A stretch of DNA of 64,000 nt from NCBI GenBank assembly GCA_949358305.1, contig OX442314.1, positions 29,636,001 through 29,700,000 of the forward strand. Direction: 5' to 3'. The DNA is from Strigamia acuminata. Its lineage: Eukaryota. A model generated the notes under the pieces. The model had not been told where the DNA came from. It did not search any database and saw only the letters and a list, made by a program, of their open reading frames with translations. Below are positions 46,478 to 58,761 of this stretch, piece by piece; position 1 is the stretch's first letter, and every line of letters begins with the position of its first letter. A program made the translations under genes and the position numbers.

Positions 46478-47214
46478 CAGGGTGGTCAGAAAGTCTGGTT
46501 CTCAGTAAATAATTCCCAAACTGTTCTAGATGTTAATTCAGCAAAATTATTGTAAGGGTAGTATGTCGGGGGAAATCCAATTATGACATCCAATTTGACC
46601 TCTGAGGTCATCTTCAAGGTCATCCATATTGTAACTCGAGAACCGTGACAGATAGAGCAAAAAGGTGAATTAGTCTAGAACCGTTCTTAAAAAAATTATT
46701 TCTTACTGAAAAGTTTTGAGAAAAAAGGTCTGAATCGTTAGTCTACTCAGCTTTGTAACCTAAAACTATCATGTTGGAATGTATTTCCAAAATAAATTAT
46801 TTCCTTTCTTTTGTGTTTCCTCTCTTCCACTTACAAGTATGACCAAATAAAGTGTCCTAATTGAGGATTAGCTAGGTTGCCTCAATAGTTTTAGGTTACA
46901 AAGCTGAGTTACAATGCTGAGTAGACTAATGTTTCAGACCTTTTTTCTCAAAACTTTTCAGTAAGAAATAATTTTTTTAAGAACGGTTCTAAACTAATTG
47001 GATGATGCTCTACAACTTTCTAATTCACCTTTTTGCTCTATCTATCACGGTTCTCGAGTTACAATATGGATGACCTTGAAGATGACATCAGAGGTCAAAT
47101 TGGATGTCATAATTGGATTTCCCCGACATACTACCCTTACAATAATTTTGCTGAATCAACATCTAGAACAGTTTGGGAATTATTTACTGAGAATCAGACT
47201 TTCTGACCACTCTG
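46478..47214. mobile_element. mariner-type foldback MITE with ~290-bp TIRs
   Basis: TA|CAGGGTGGTCAGAAAGTCTG ... CAGACTTTCTGACCACTCTG|TA; arms complementary apart from a few substitutions and two indels. Confidence 0.9.
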
Positions 47215-50200
47215 TATAGTGTTTAAATTTCAAAGTACACCAATATATCGGTACCAAGGTTTTTCTTGTAGTGTTCTGGCAAACATTTTGCTAACATTTT
47301 GCACATGTGTCCAAAATAATCCTAAAAGGCTACAATGAACTTATTTATTGTTGTTTTTTTGTACATTTTTTACCTGGGAATAAAAATGGCACGTGTCCAT
47401 TAAAAGAACAAACGGACTGCAATCCTACTGTAATATTTTTCACTTACTGGACCAGTTACAATAGTTTCAAGTTTTTCCCATAGATGACTCTTCCAAGCGT
47501 AAGCCACTCAACGGTTCAGCTTTGGCCTTCCTTTTAACAGACGAAGCAAATCGTCTATTTGCAATCTGACTCGGTGCAACTGCATGTGGAGGCAGTGTGT
47601 TTCTTGCATTTGTCCGTGAGCTGGGGGTCTATTTAGGGCCCTTCTTTCCTTTGTGACAGAGAAGCTTTCTCGTTGACGTCATCACTAAATAAAAGCCCAT
47701 ATATGTTCGGAATGAGTCAAAAGTTAAAATGATTTTAGACATTACATTTAAATTAAATGTTAAAAGAAAAAAAAGTTTTTACGAAATTCCTTTTTAATCA
47801 GAAGTGCAATTAATGAATTGAGTTACTTTTTCTGTTAGGCATCGGCAAACTGTCTAACAACTGTAAATTAGAATAGACGTGTTCATAATTACACTTCATT
47901 GTATCTCAGCTTGTCATATGGAATCTTGGAAAGTTTAATGCTGATTGAAGACAGTTATAATTAAAATTAATTGAGTTACAAACATTAAATTTCAAAATTT
48001 TAATTAAAAAAAAATTAAAAAGTTGAAAACAAGAAAAATTAGTTGAGATTTCTTAGAAGAAGTGGAATGCCAAAGGTAAATGTTTAGGGAATAGTTAAAA
48101 GTAGACTGTGCGTAAATTCAAGCTGAAACACACAATTTGTATCGATTAATAGAATTTCTGCGAAGTACCGATTTCTGTTAAGTATTTATTTATTTTCTTT
48201 TAATCAACAACTGGGGATAAATTAAGAAGAATTTTTTTCTGAATTAATTGTTAGTTTGAGCAGTCTAATTTCATCAACGCCATCTTTTATTAAAAATCAC
48301 AAGTTGTAGGGATGTCTTTTCCTGTTGGTAATAATTTTCCCACTATCCGATGAAAATTAGTGGAATCTTTTTGCGTGAATAGAACTAGTTTTAGCTCTTA
48401 TTCAATCATTCCTTACTTAAAATTTTGCAATTAATCAATTCTATTTACTATATACATTTTGCGGTTATTCAACTGAATTCATTTATTACACATTTATTCA
48501 ATGCGCGTGTGCTTAATTATTACACTGCGCTACAAATTGATTTTGCTATTACTCAATTTAGCTGCAGGTATGTAACCCCGGCCTTAGGATTTGTGGCACC
48601 CAAATATGGGCCCTCCTAGATGTAAAATTATTTCAATTTTTTGGTCACTTGAAGCACGGGCCCTAACTCTAATACCTTGTTTGCACCAGAAAGTTTGGGC
48701 TAGCCCGAAGTTTAAATCTGGTTCTGGCATGATATTGGCTTAAAAAGTTCAGGCTAGAGCGTTCGCACCCAAAAGCAAAAAGCCCCATACCTAGGATAGC
48801 ATGTTGCCAATAGACAATCAACTTGTTACATGTTACACATGTTACAACATGTTACACACAGAGTTGTGGAAAGAATCTTAGCAGTTATCTAGTTCAGACA
48901 ATTGGATTAGGATAATCTAGTTTAAAAAATTGTTTGAAATGCAATAAGGTATTGCGGATAAAATAATTAAATCCCTGAATAACAATGCTTATTTCAAATT
49001 GAAATGTAATTTTTGTGAGAAATAAAGAAGCATGACTTTTCTACTCAAAAACTTCCTCAAGACTAAACTTTATTCTTTTCAGAACAGTGGTAATTAAAAA
49101 TACAAAGAAACAAATGACAAATACTCAGTGCTACAGGGTAAAGCGCACGGAGTAAAGATGACGCGTTCCAAGGGGGAACGCGAGATAATTGCTAACACCT
49201 TGCAAAGGTGAGTGAATTCTCAGAAAAGCAAAGGAAAAGGTTCAAGTTAAAAAGTAACAACTTCAAATTAAATTAAATACAACTTTGAAGGAATTTAAAT
49301 AAACACAGTCAAAATTAATAACATATCAGAATATCAAATTATTTCAAACAATGAACAAAATATAATAATAACATGTAAAAGCGTGTCGGTTTTCACACTG
49401 CCGGGGGCACGGGACCAGAATGAATCTCCATTTTTATTAGTCGTTGAACTGGTCGCCTAAATTTGTTGCCATTAGGCATTAACAACTCACATGAGCGCGT
49501 TACACCATCCTTGCTCGGATGTATACTGATGACACGTGCCATCTTCCAATTAACTCTTGATTTCAATAAATCTTCCACTAACACTACATCTCCTGCCTGA
49601 AGCTGACTAGTATTTGGTTTTCCCACTTGCTTTTTTAAGTCAACCAAATACTCACGGGACCATCGTTGCCAAAAGTCTATTAGAATACTTTTCCATTGGC
49701 GGATAAACAATTGCTGAGTTGGTTCGTTCGATACAGCGTCTTCAGCAGATGGCAAACTTGTCAAACTGGTCCCCGTCAAAAAATGAGCTGGCGTGAGCGC
49801 TTCGGGTTCATTTGGCGCGTCGTAGATGTAGGTAATGGGTCTTTTGTTGATGATGGCTTCTACCTGGGTAAGCAAAGTTTCAAGTTGAAAGAAGTTGAGA
49901 GAGGCTGATCCTATCGTTTTTTTTAAACAAGATTTGACAGTTTGAATCATCCTCTCCCAAAATCCTCCCCACCAAGGAGCGTTCTCAACAATAAATTTCC
50001 ACTCAACCCCTTTTTGAGTTAGGAAATTGCGTACGGAGTCGTCTCTTGTATTTTGCAGTAGAGCACACAGTTCACGGTTCGTACGATGGAACGTCGTCCC
50101 GTTGTCGCTGTAGATGGTCCTAGGCATTCCACGTCGACTGATGAAGCGTTCTAGCACGCCTACGAAATCTGAAGTGGTTAGTGACGGAATCAGTTCTAAG

Positions 50201-53200
50201 TGCACTGCTCGGATATTGGCGCAGGTGAAGAGGGCGATGTATGCCTTCGTCTTCCTTCCACGTACGATGATTGGGCCTGCGAAATCGACTCCGGTTATGG
50301 CAAATGGGCTGCATTGTGACACTCGATCAAAAGGTAGCTGTCCGGGCACCTCTCTCATCAATCGTCCATTTATTCTTTTGCAAGTCACACATTTATTTAG
50401 GATCGTTTTCAAGGTTCTCCTTGCGGCTGGCGTCCAATAATTCTGACGGAAATATGCCAGGGTGGCTGTCAAACCGCAGTGGAAAACCTGAGAATGCGAA
50501 AACGATAAAATTAATTTGGTGAGTGCGTGATCGGACGGGAGGAGCACGGGGGCGTTTGCAGTGATGGCGTCCTTGGAGTTCCTGAGTCGAGTGTCTAACT
50601 TGAGTACACCGGAAACGTCCAAAAAAGCTTTTAAGTTTTGTAGTTTTGAGTCGGTCAACGGCTTTTCGTTTTGTAATCGTGTCATCTCGGCTCCGTAACA
50701 CTCTCGCTGTGCAGCCCGGATCAGTGTCATCTCGGCTCGCTTGAGTTCGGTGACGGTTAGTGGTCCTTGGATTTTTTCTGAGGTGTCAGTAGTTCGTGTA
50801 TTGGCTGCGAATCTCAACATCCAAGCTGTAACGCGTCGTAATCGACTGAACGAGCTAAATTTAGAGAAAATAAATTCAGTGTTAATAATTTGGAGGGATT
50901 CGACGTGTGTCTTGATGTCGTCCTCATCCGATTCGTCTGCTATTTCCACCTCCGCGTTCGGCCAGTCGACAAGAGGGCCTCGCATCCATTCTGGTCCGTT
51001 CCACCACAGCTGGTCGGTCATCAATTCGTCGACCGTTAAACCGCGTGTCAAGCGGTCAGCAGGATTGTCGATGCCCGGTACGTGACGCCAATTGTCTATT
51101 TTTGACTTTTCGCGGATCTCCAGCACTCTATTCTGTATGAATGTCGGTGGCCTTTTAGCTGTGTTGCGGATCCAATGTATGCATATTTGGGAGTCAGTCC
51201 AGTAGTGTATTTCACGGCAGCTCGTCACTTCTTTAATTTGGTCGGCCATGCGGACTGCTACTAAAGCTCCCATTAGTTCCAATTTTGGCAATGTTAATGG
51301 TTTGACTGGCGCCACCCTACATTTAGAAAAAATAAAGAACGAATTGATTAAGTCTTCCGTGGTGTCTTGAATGTAGGCGACAGCACCGTACGCCTTGGGG
51401 CTTGCATCGGAAAAAATATGGATTTCGCAGTTCATTTCATTTTTCACTCCCAGCCATCTTGGAATTTGGAATTTGCTCAATTTTTGGATTTGTTCTGCCC
51501 ATTTAGTCCAGTTGATTCTAAGAGCTTCATCCAATATTTCATCCCATTCCAATTTTCTTAGCCAAAGTGATTGGAAAAATATCCTGGCGGTGACAGTGAA
51601 TGGTGTGACGAATCCGAGTGGGTCGAATATCTGGGCGGAAATTTGGACTACTTCTCTCTTCGTCACTGTTTTGCTGTTTACGCTTGAAATGTTTTCAATT
51701 TGTAAACTCAGTTTGTCCGAAGTTGGGTCCCACTTCAATCCTAGTACTTTGGATTCTTCATTTGATGTCACATTTGCATCTGTAGGATCTTTTCTTCTGA
51801 ATATTTCGCGTAGTTCAGGAGAATTAGTCTGCCATTTTACTAGTTGCATGCCAGCTGATGAGAGCATTTCGCGAGCTTGTTCGAATGTCTTCACTGCTTG
51901 GTCAATGTCGTCCACCGACGTGATCAGATCGTCCACGTATAAAAATCGACAAAGTAATTCGTACGTGGCGGGATATTTGTCTTTATAAATTTTGATGTGA
52001 CGTTTGATGGTCGCGTTTAGTAGGAAGGGGCTGGGTGCAGCGCCGAAAAGAACACGTGTTTGGCGTAGTATTCGAATTTTGGCTCGTCTCGTTCCGTCCC
52101 AGTCTGCGCAGACCCATAGAAAACGTGTCACATCTCGATCTTTGACTTCAATTTCGATCATGTGGAATGCCTTGCGAATATCCGATGTCTCGGCGATTTT
52201 TCGGAGTCTAAATTTCATCAATACAACAATTAGGGATGGCAGAAAATTAATACCTTTAGATAGGCAATCGTTTAGTGATAGCCGTCCCTTCCGATGGGCT
52301 GACGCGTCGAACACGATCCTCAGTTTTGTTGTGACTCGCTCTTCTTTTATTATTGGCCTGTGTGGCATGTAATAAATTGGGTTGGACGTGTCTCCAGTCA
52401 CTTCTTCAACGATGCCTTGTTCCAGCTGTTCCTCGATGACTTTCTTGTACTCTAGGTATAAGTTGGGTTGTCGTCGGAATTTTCTGAGCAGGTTCAAGAA
52501 GCGTTGTTCGGCAACTGCAAAGTTGTCTTCGAGCTCGTTGCTGTCGACGATCCACGGCAACGCCACCGAGTAGTTCTTTCCCGTCCATCGGATTGACTCG
52601 TCAAATTTGCGTAGAACTTCAGTTTCGTCTGTGTCCGCCATTGACTCGTGTTGGATTCCGATGGCCTCCAATTCCCAGAGTTTCCTCATGATGTCATCTG
52701 TGGATTGTACAAGGGTGATTTTATTTGTTCTCACCGTTGTTGCAAGGATGTGTGTGCCGTTGGTTGTTTGTCCATGCAGTGTCCACCCAAAGTTTGTGTT
52801 GACCGCTATTAAGTTGTCTTCGATGAATTCAGTTCTCTTGGTTGTAATTTTCCAGTAGTTGTCGACTCCTATCAACAAATCCACCTCGTCGGAATGTAGA
52901 GCTACCTGTTTGCATGTCACTTGGACTCCTTTTCTTTCCAATTTTTTGCTTAGGTATTCATTCGGGACTTCGCAGGGTGTTGACGTCACGTGTGCGATTT
53001 CTATGGCTTCGATTGTAATACGAGGCGTCTTGGCGTGCGTTGGAGTGAGAGTTAATTCCACCTTGTTGTGAACTCCTGTCGTCGGCTCGCGACCAAACAC
53101 GGATAAAGTCATTTGCTCAGTTCCTATAATTTTTAGATTCAATTTTCGCGATAATTCAGCTCTTATGAATGTCCGTTGTGCCCCGCCATCGACGTAGCAC

Positions 53201-54050
53201 ACGGCTGGTTTTGTCATTTTTTCACCAATCACGTTTACCATCGTGACCATCAAGAATTCGTATTTTCGATTGTTTTTACTCACGACGGCTGAGGCGTGTA
53301 CTTTTGACGCATTGTTGTCGATTGGGTTGACTCGTGGTTGATCGCAGATTTGAGTGTGGTGTAATCCATCGCATCGGAAGCATTTCATGGTGGTACGGCA
53401 GTCTTCAGTTTTATGAGGTGTTCTGCCTAAACATCTCATGCAGGTTCCTTGAGATTGGATTTTCTTCCTTCGCTCTTCCACCGTGAGTGGGCACGTTTTT
53501 CTGCTGTGTTCATTAGAAGAGCAAAATTGGCATTTATTCATTACCACTGAGAGTGAGTTGACGGAACTCTCCTTGGCTCCTCCTCTGCGTCGATGTGACT
53601 TTCCCTTCGAATCTCCACTTCCTTTGGCCGGGTCAGTTGGCGTGGGTGTTTTGATCGCTTTTTGTTGGTTTATCATCATTTCGTATCGATTCTCCTTTAA
53701 TAAAAATTCTCGTACCCACGACATTAATCTGATTACCGATCGTTCGCCCTCGCAGTCGTCATCATATTTGCGCATCACGGTTCTCGGAATGGCTGCGGCC
53801 AGGACGGGGAACAGCATGCGTTGGATTTCTACGAGCGGAACTTGGATATTCGACAAGTTTTCCACGTTTATTTCCACGTGTCGGTGCAGCTTTTGTAGTC
53901 CAACAATGTCTCGTTCACTGCTAATGATTGGCAAATTTAATAAGTTAGACAAAAACCTGTTTTCCAACACTGCCCGATCACAGTATTTTTTCGTCAGTCG
54001 ATTCACAGCCACGGCGTAGTTGGCGGCATTTATTTCGAGTGTTCTAATTT

Positions 54051-57000
54051 TGTTAGGGAAATTGAGCAGAGCTCCCAAACTGGGAAAGAATTCACACACG
54101 TTACATATTCAGTTGCAACCAAACGAGAACATCTGATTTAATGGTAACAATAGATTTAGGTATACAATGTACTCAACACTATACATTATTGTCTAAAGTG
54201 AATATATCTAACATAGCCGCCCATATTCATTTCCGAAAGAATCAATAAACTTATTTTACAAATCTTCTGAATAATTAATCAATCCCAACTTCCTGCAGTC
54301 TTGCTTCAATTTCGTGTCGGGTAAAGCTTTCGTCATCAGGTCGGCGTACATCTCATCTGTTGGAACAAACTCCACTTGATAGATGCCGTCCTGGATATCC
54401 TGCCTAATGAACGAGACTCGACGATTGAAATGTTTCGTCCTGCCGTGGTAACTATGATCCTTGGTCAATGCGATGGCTGGTTGGTTGTCACAGTAGATGG
54501 TAACCGGTCGTTGAGCTTCTCGTATATTCAGGTCCTCAATGAAGTTCTTTATCCATCTGACTTCTTTACCCAACTCGACCATGGCTGAAAACTCAGCCTC
54601 GCAAGTCGACATGCAGACTAACTTTAGTTTCTTCGCCTGCCAGGTGACGACTGTCCCGTTCAACATCGTAACGAAACCTGCAAAAGACTTTGCATCCACA
54701 TCACAAGAGTTCCAGGATGCATCTGTGTATCCAGTCAAATCTGCAACACTGCCCGTGTACGTCAACCGATAATTTGCCGTCCCCATCAGGTACCTCAGGA
54801 TCCTTTTTGCTGCCAACCAATGGGCTTGCTTCGGGTCGTTTAGCCACTGCGAAAGGAAAGAAACTGCAAACGCAATGTCCGGCCGCGTGCCCTGCGCCAA
54901 ATAAAGTAGGGCACCGACAAGCTCTCTATATGGCTTGTCTGCAGCTGAGGGTCCCAACGGGTAACCTGGGGCATCCAACTTCTGTGACACGTCCAACGGT
55001 GCCTTGACCGGCTTAGCCTGCAAAAGACCAAATCTAGTGATTAATTCCGAGATATATTTCGTTTGGTCCATGGTTATCTCGTTCTTCTCATCGTTTTGAC
55101 TTATTCGAATCCCTAATAGGGACTTAATCTCCCCCAAGTCAATAACCTTAATCTCCTTTCTAATTTTCTTCATCAACTGATCTAATAAACGATCATCATT
55201 GTCCAAGGTGATTAGATCGTCCACATAAGTGGCCACAAAAATTATGGATTGTCCTATGGTGTATTTATAAACACACTGTTCCGTCGGGTGCTTCGTAAAA
55301 CCCACGGCAAGCAATACTTTCTCCAACTTCTCGTGCCAAGCACGTCCCGCTTGGGGTAAACCGTATACCGCCTTCTCAAGTAAACATACTTGAGTTGTCC
55401 GATCACCAAATCCTTCAGGCAGCTCCATATAAACTGTTTCCCTCAGGCGGGCATGCAAGTATGCCGTTTCGACATCGTGGTGCTTGACTCGTAGTCGGCG
55501 TTTCGCTGCCAATGCCATCAGTATTCTCACCGTGGCTAACCGGACTACTGGGGAATAAGACTCATCGTAGTCAACCCCCTGGATGACATTAAAGCCTTGC
55601 GCGATCAATCTTGCTTTATATCGCGTTATGCGTCCTTCCTGATCGGTCTTTAATGAGTAGACCCAACGGGATCCAACTACTTTCGCATCCGGGGGTCTGT
55701 CCACGACTTTCCAAGTCTTTTGCTCACTATGTGACTTTAATTCGGCTTCCATTGCCAACTTCCACGATGCTGCTTGAGGGGAAGCCAATGCCTGCTTGTA
55801 GTTCTTAGGAACTATCACTAGACCTTGGGTCGCATCCTTCACTCGCGCGACATTCGCACCATCCGTGCCCGCTGGACGGTCACGGGTCCTACGATGTCTG
55901 CGCCAGTCTATACTCTCGTAGGGTACGGGTGGACGTCTATTCCTTTGTGGGTTTCTCCGAACTGGGCCGCATTGGGGCAAACGCGCCGCAGGGTAAATCG
56001 GGACGTCACCAATTGGATCCGGAGGAGGGGAATGGATTACAGGAACTTCCTCAGGTAAGTCTGGTATGGAGGGTGTCTCAACCCAATAATCCTCCTGATC
56101 CAAGGGTGTTGATCCAGAAATTAAAATTGAACCCAGGGCCTCTTCGTCAAATTTAACGTCACGCGAAACGAAATATTTACGTGTTATCGGGTCATAAAAA
56201 CTCCAACCAGGAGCATTGAACGGGTATCCCGTAAATATTACTCTTTTAGCTCTGGGCTCCAATTTGGAACGGTCTTGGACTGGTATCCATGTATAAGCGA
56301 GGCTTCCAAAGACTCGCATATTCGCCACATTCGGCTTACGGCCCGTCAGTCTCTCAATCGGTGTTTCCGATTCAAACCGTCTCATTTTTGATCTATTCGC
56401 TGCGTATGCTGCAGTTTCGACCGCATCCTGCCAAAAAATAGTCGGCAGCTTTGCGTCTAATAATAAAGTCCTAGCAGCGTCCAGCAACTTCCGGTTTGCG
56501 CGTTCTGCTGCGCCATTTTGGGAGGGGCTGTATGGAACGGTCAACTGGTGGTGGACACCACGGGCGGTCAACAATTCCTTGAACGCCGCATTGACGAACT
56601 CAGTACCATTATCGGATCTAAGTCGCTTTAATTTCGTCCCAAATCTCTTCTCGTGAAGTAACAAAAATTTCTCGAATTCCTCCACCGTTTGTGACTTATT
56701 CTTCAAAAAACGAGTGAAAATCACTCGGGAAAAATCGTCAACGATGGTGAAGATATACTTGTTTCCTTTCGTTGATTCGTGCCTAAATGGCCCGCATAAA
56801 TCGACGTGAAGCATCTCCAAAGGCCCCGTCGCCGTGATATAACCCGTAGACACGAAGGGAGATCGCGTTTTCTTTGCCACAATACACTTGTCGCACAACT
56901 TCGGGTCTCTCTCCATATTTAAGTTCATACCATCAACCAAATTTCGATACACCATCTCCCGGAGGGATTTAAAACCCAAATGTGCCATTCTGCGATGCCA

Positions 57001-58761
57001 CAAAGTCACTGGTAATTTGACCACTTTAGTTCCAGGTGTATCTTTACCCCCGGTCCTAGATAATCCAATATCAATCGGGGGGGAGGGAGGGACCGATTGG
57101 TCAGCTCTTCTATTCAACCGGAACAGCCCAGAAGTTTGGACTGCTTCAAATATCCTCGTACCATCTGCCGTTGATACAACGCATTTATCGCCTGAAAATG
57201 ACACCGCATATACTTGCTGCACAATCCGTGCAACCGACAATAAGTTCGTCTTCAAGGAGGGAACATATTTCACGTCGGTCAGTCGAATTATCCTCCTTTG
57301 ATTGTCCAACCACAACGCTAAAAGTACCGTCCCAGTCCCAACAGAAGGCACTTTTCGCCCATCCGCCAAAATTACCTGTCTACCAGGTAACAAGTCCAAT
57401 TTCGCAAAACACGTCGCGTCATTCGCCATATGCGATGATGCCCCGGAATCCATATACCATATTGGATCTTCACTAGTCGATGGTCCCCTCGGGGATTTAA
57501 GTAAACATGTGGTCTCATCATCTGTTTGCATAGCGTAATCGACCACGTACTGCAACTCGTCCACTTTAGTGGATGTAGAGGGGTGCTGAACGACCGCTGC
57601 ATTGCCGTTCTGCCTCCGACCCCTGAAATTCCCTCTGGAGCGGTTCTGCGAGCGGGCGCGAATCTCGGCTGCTGCCTTTGGGTCAACCGGTTGTCTACAT
57701 TCTGCGTATCGGTGTCCCAATCGACCACAATTCCAACATTTGGTAGCTTGCTTGCCGCCCCGGTTGGCTCCTCCGCCGCGCCAGGGTCCGGAACCTCCTC
57801 GTCCGCCACTTGTGTTTGAACCACGCACCCATGTTGCGCTCTCAAACTTGAGATCCGTAGGGGCGGGCAACGCCACGCGCCTCATCTCTTCGGCTTGTAG
57901 TGCACGTCGAAGTGTCAGCATCTTGAGCGTGCTACGTCCGACCACGTCGCAACTCGTAACGACTCCTCTGTAGTCGGGTGTCAAACCTCTCAAGACGTGT
58001 GCGCACAATTCGGCCTCGTCGATGGGTGCCCCAATGGAATTCAATTCTTCGGCGACTGATATCATCCGGTCGAGGTAAGCTGCCACAGTTTCTGTCGGTT
58101 TCATCCGAATATGCGCAAGTTCCACTCGCTTTTGGACTTTCAATTCAGCGATCTCGCCTTGATTTTCCGTCTTGAGTGCATTCCACGCCGCCTTTGCCGT
58201 GTCGTGGTTCAGCACATGCCTCAGTTGAGCGGTGTCGATTGACTGCAGAATTATATTCAACGCCTCGACGTCTTTGGTCGTCCATTCCTTCACTCGGGTC
58301 TTGAACGCGTCATCCGTTTCGCCCAGAGTTTTAATCGGCGGGTCATCAGTTATTACGAACCAGGCTTCTCTGGACTTCAACAAGATCCGCACCCGGTATT
58401 CCCACGTGGGATAATTACGACCATTCAGCTTCTCTACGTATGTAATGGCCGATTCGACTTTGGCCGCCATTTTGTTCAAAATTTCTCAATTCGTACCGCT
58501 CAATCTTGTAAACACTTCATAAATTTCTACACCGACTTCTGATTTCGATTTTTCCAAATGTTCCTTTCTTTTATATCATGTTGGGCCCATAACCCATGTT
58601 AGGGAAATTGAGCAGAGCTCCCAAACTGGGAAAGAATTCACACACGTTACATATTCAGTTGCAACCAAACGAGAACATCTGATTTAATGGTAACAATAGA
58701 TTTAGGTATACAATGTACTCAACACTATACATTATTGTCTAAAGTGAATATATCTCTAACA
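54051..58761 (-). mobile_element. Intact Ty1/Copia LTR retrotransposon nested in BEL gag
   Basis: LTRs 54051-54213 (163 bp) and 58597-58761 (165 bp, 2-nt indel), TSD AATTT, copia-type half-tRNAiMet PBS GGTTATGGGCCCA (58594-58582). Confidence 0.97.
54256..58470 (-). CDS. Copia gag-pol polyprotein (PR-IN-RT-RH order); first ATG 58470
   Basis: CWNCGRLGHRYAEC, WYMDSGASSHM, LWHRRMAH, HVDLCGP, RSDNGTEF, YKARLIAQG, YVDD, ADLMTK. Confidence 0.96.
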   Translation of the reverse strand: MAAKVESAITYVEKLNGRNYPTWEYRVRILLKSREAWFVITDDPPIKTLGETDDAFKTRVKEWTTKDVEALNIILQSIDTAQLRHVLNHDTAKAAWNALKTENQGEIAELKVQKRVELAHIRMKPTETVAAYLDRMISVAEELNSIGAPIDEAELCAHVLRGLTPDYRGVVTSCDVVGRSTLKMLTLRRALQAEEMRRVALPAPTDLKFESATWVRGSNTSGGRGGSGPWRGGGANRGGKQATKCWNCGRLGHRYAECRQPVDPKAAAEIRARSQNRSRGNFRGRRQNGNAAVVQHPSTSTKVDELQYVVDYAMQTDDETTCLLKSPRGPSTSEDPIWYMDSGASSHMANDATCFAKLDLLPGRQVILADGRKVPSVGTGTVLLALWLDNQRRIIRLTDVKYVPSLKTNLLSVARIVQQVYAVSFSGDKCVVSTADGTRIFEAVQTSGLFRLNRRADQSVPPSPPIDIGLSRTGGKDTPGTKVVKLPVTLWHRRMAHLGFKSLREMVYRNLVDGMNLNMERDPKLCDKCIVAKKTRSPFVSTGYITATGPLEMLHVDLCGPFRHESTKGNKYIFTIVDDFSRVIFTRFLKNKSQTVEEFEKFLLLHEKRFGTKLKRLRSDNGTEFVNAAFKELLTARGVHHQLTVPYSPSQNGAAERANRKLLDAARTLLLDAKLPTIFWQDAVETAAYAANRSKMRRFESETPIERLTGRKPNVANMRVFGSLAYTWIPVQDRSKLEPRAKRVIFTGYPFNAPGWSFYDPITRKYFVSRDVKFDEEALGSILISGSTPLDQEDYWVETPSIPDLPEEVPVIHSPPPDPIGDVPIYPAARLPQCGPVRRNPQRNRRPPVPYESIDWRRHRRTRDRPAGTDGANVARVKDATQGLVIVPKNYKQALASPQAASWKLAMEAELKSHSEQKTWKVVDRPPDAKVVGSRWVYSLKTDQEGRITRYKARLIAQGFNVIQGVDYDESYSPVVRLATVRILMALAAKRRLRVKHHDVETAYLHARLRETVYMELPEGFGDRTTQVCLLEKAVYGLPQAGRAWHEKLEKVLLAVGFTKHPTEQCVYKYTIGQSIIFVATYVDDLITLDNDDRLLDQLMKKIRKEIKVIDLGEIKSLLGIRISQNDEKNEITMDQTKYISELITRFGLLQAKPVKAPLDVSQKLDAPGYPLGPSAADKPYRELVGALLYLAQGTRPDIAFAVSFLSQWLNDPKQAHWLAAKRILRYLMGTANYRLTYTGSVADLTGYTDASWNSCDVDAKSFAGFVTMLNGTVVTWQAKKLKLVCMSTCEAEFSAMVELGKEVRWIKNFIEDLNIREAQRPVTIYCDNQPAIALTKDHSYHGRTKHFNRRVSFIRQDIQDGIYQVEFVPTDEMYADLMTKALPDTKLKQDCRKLGLINYSEDL

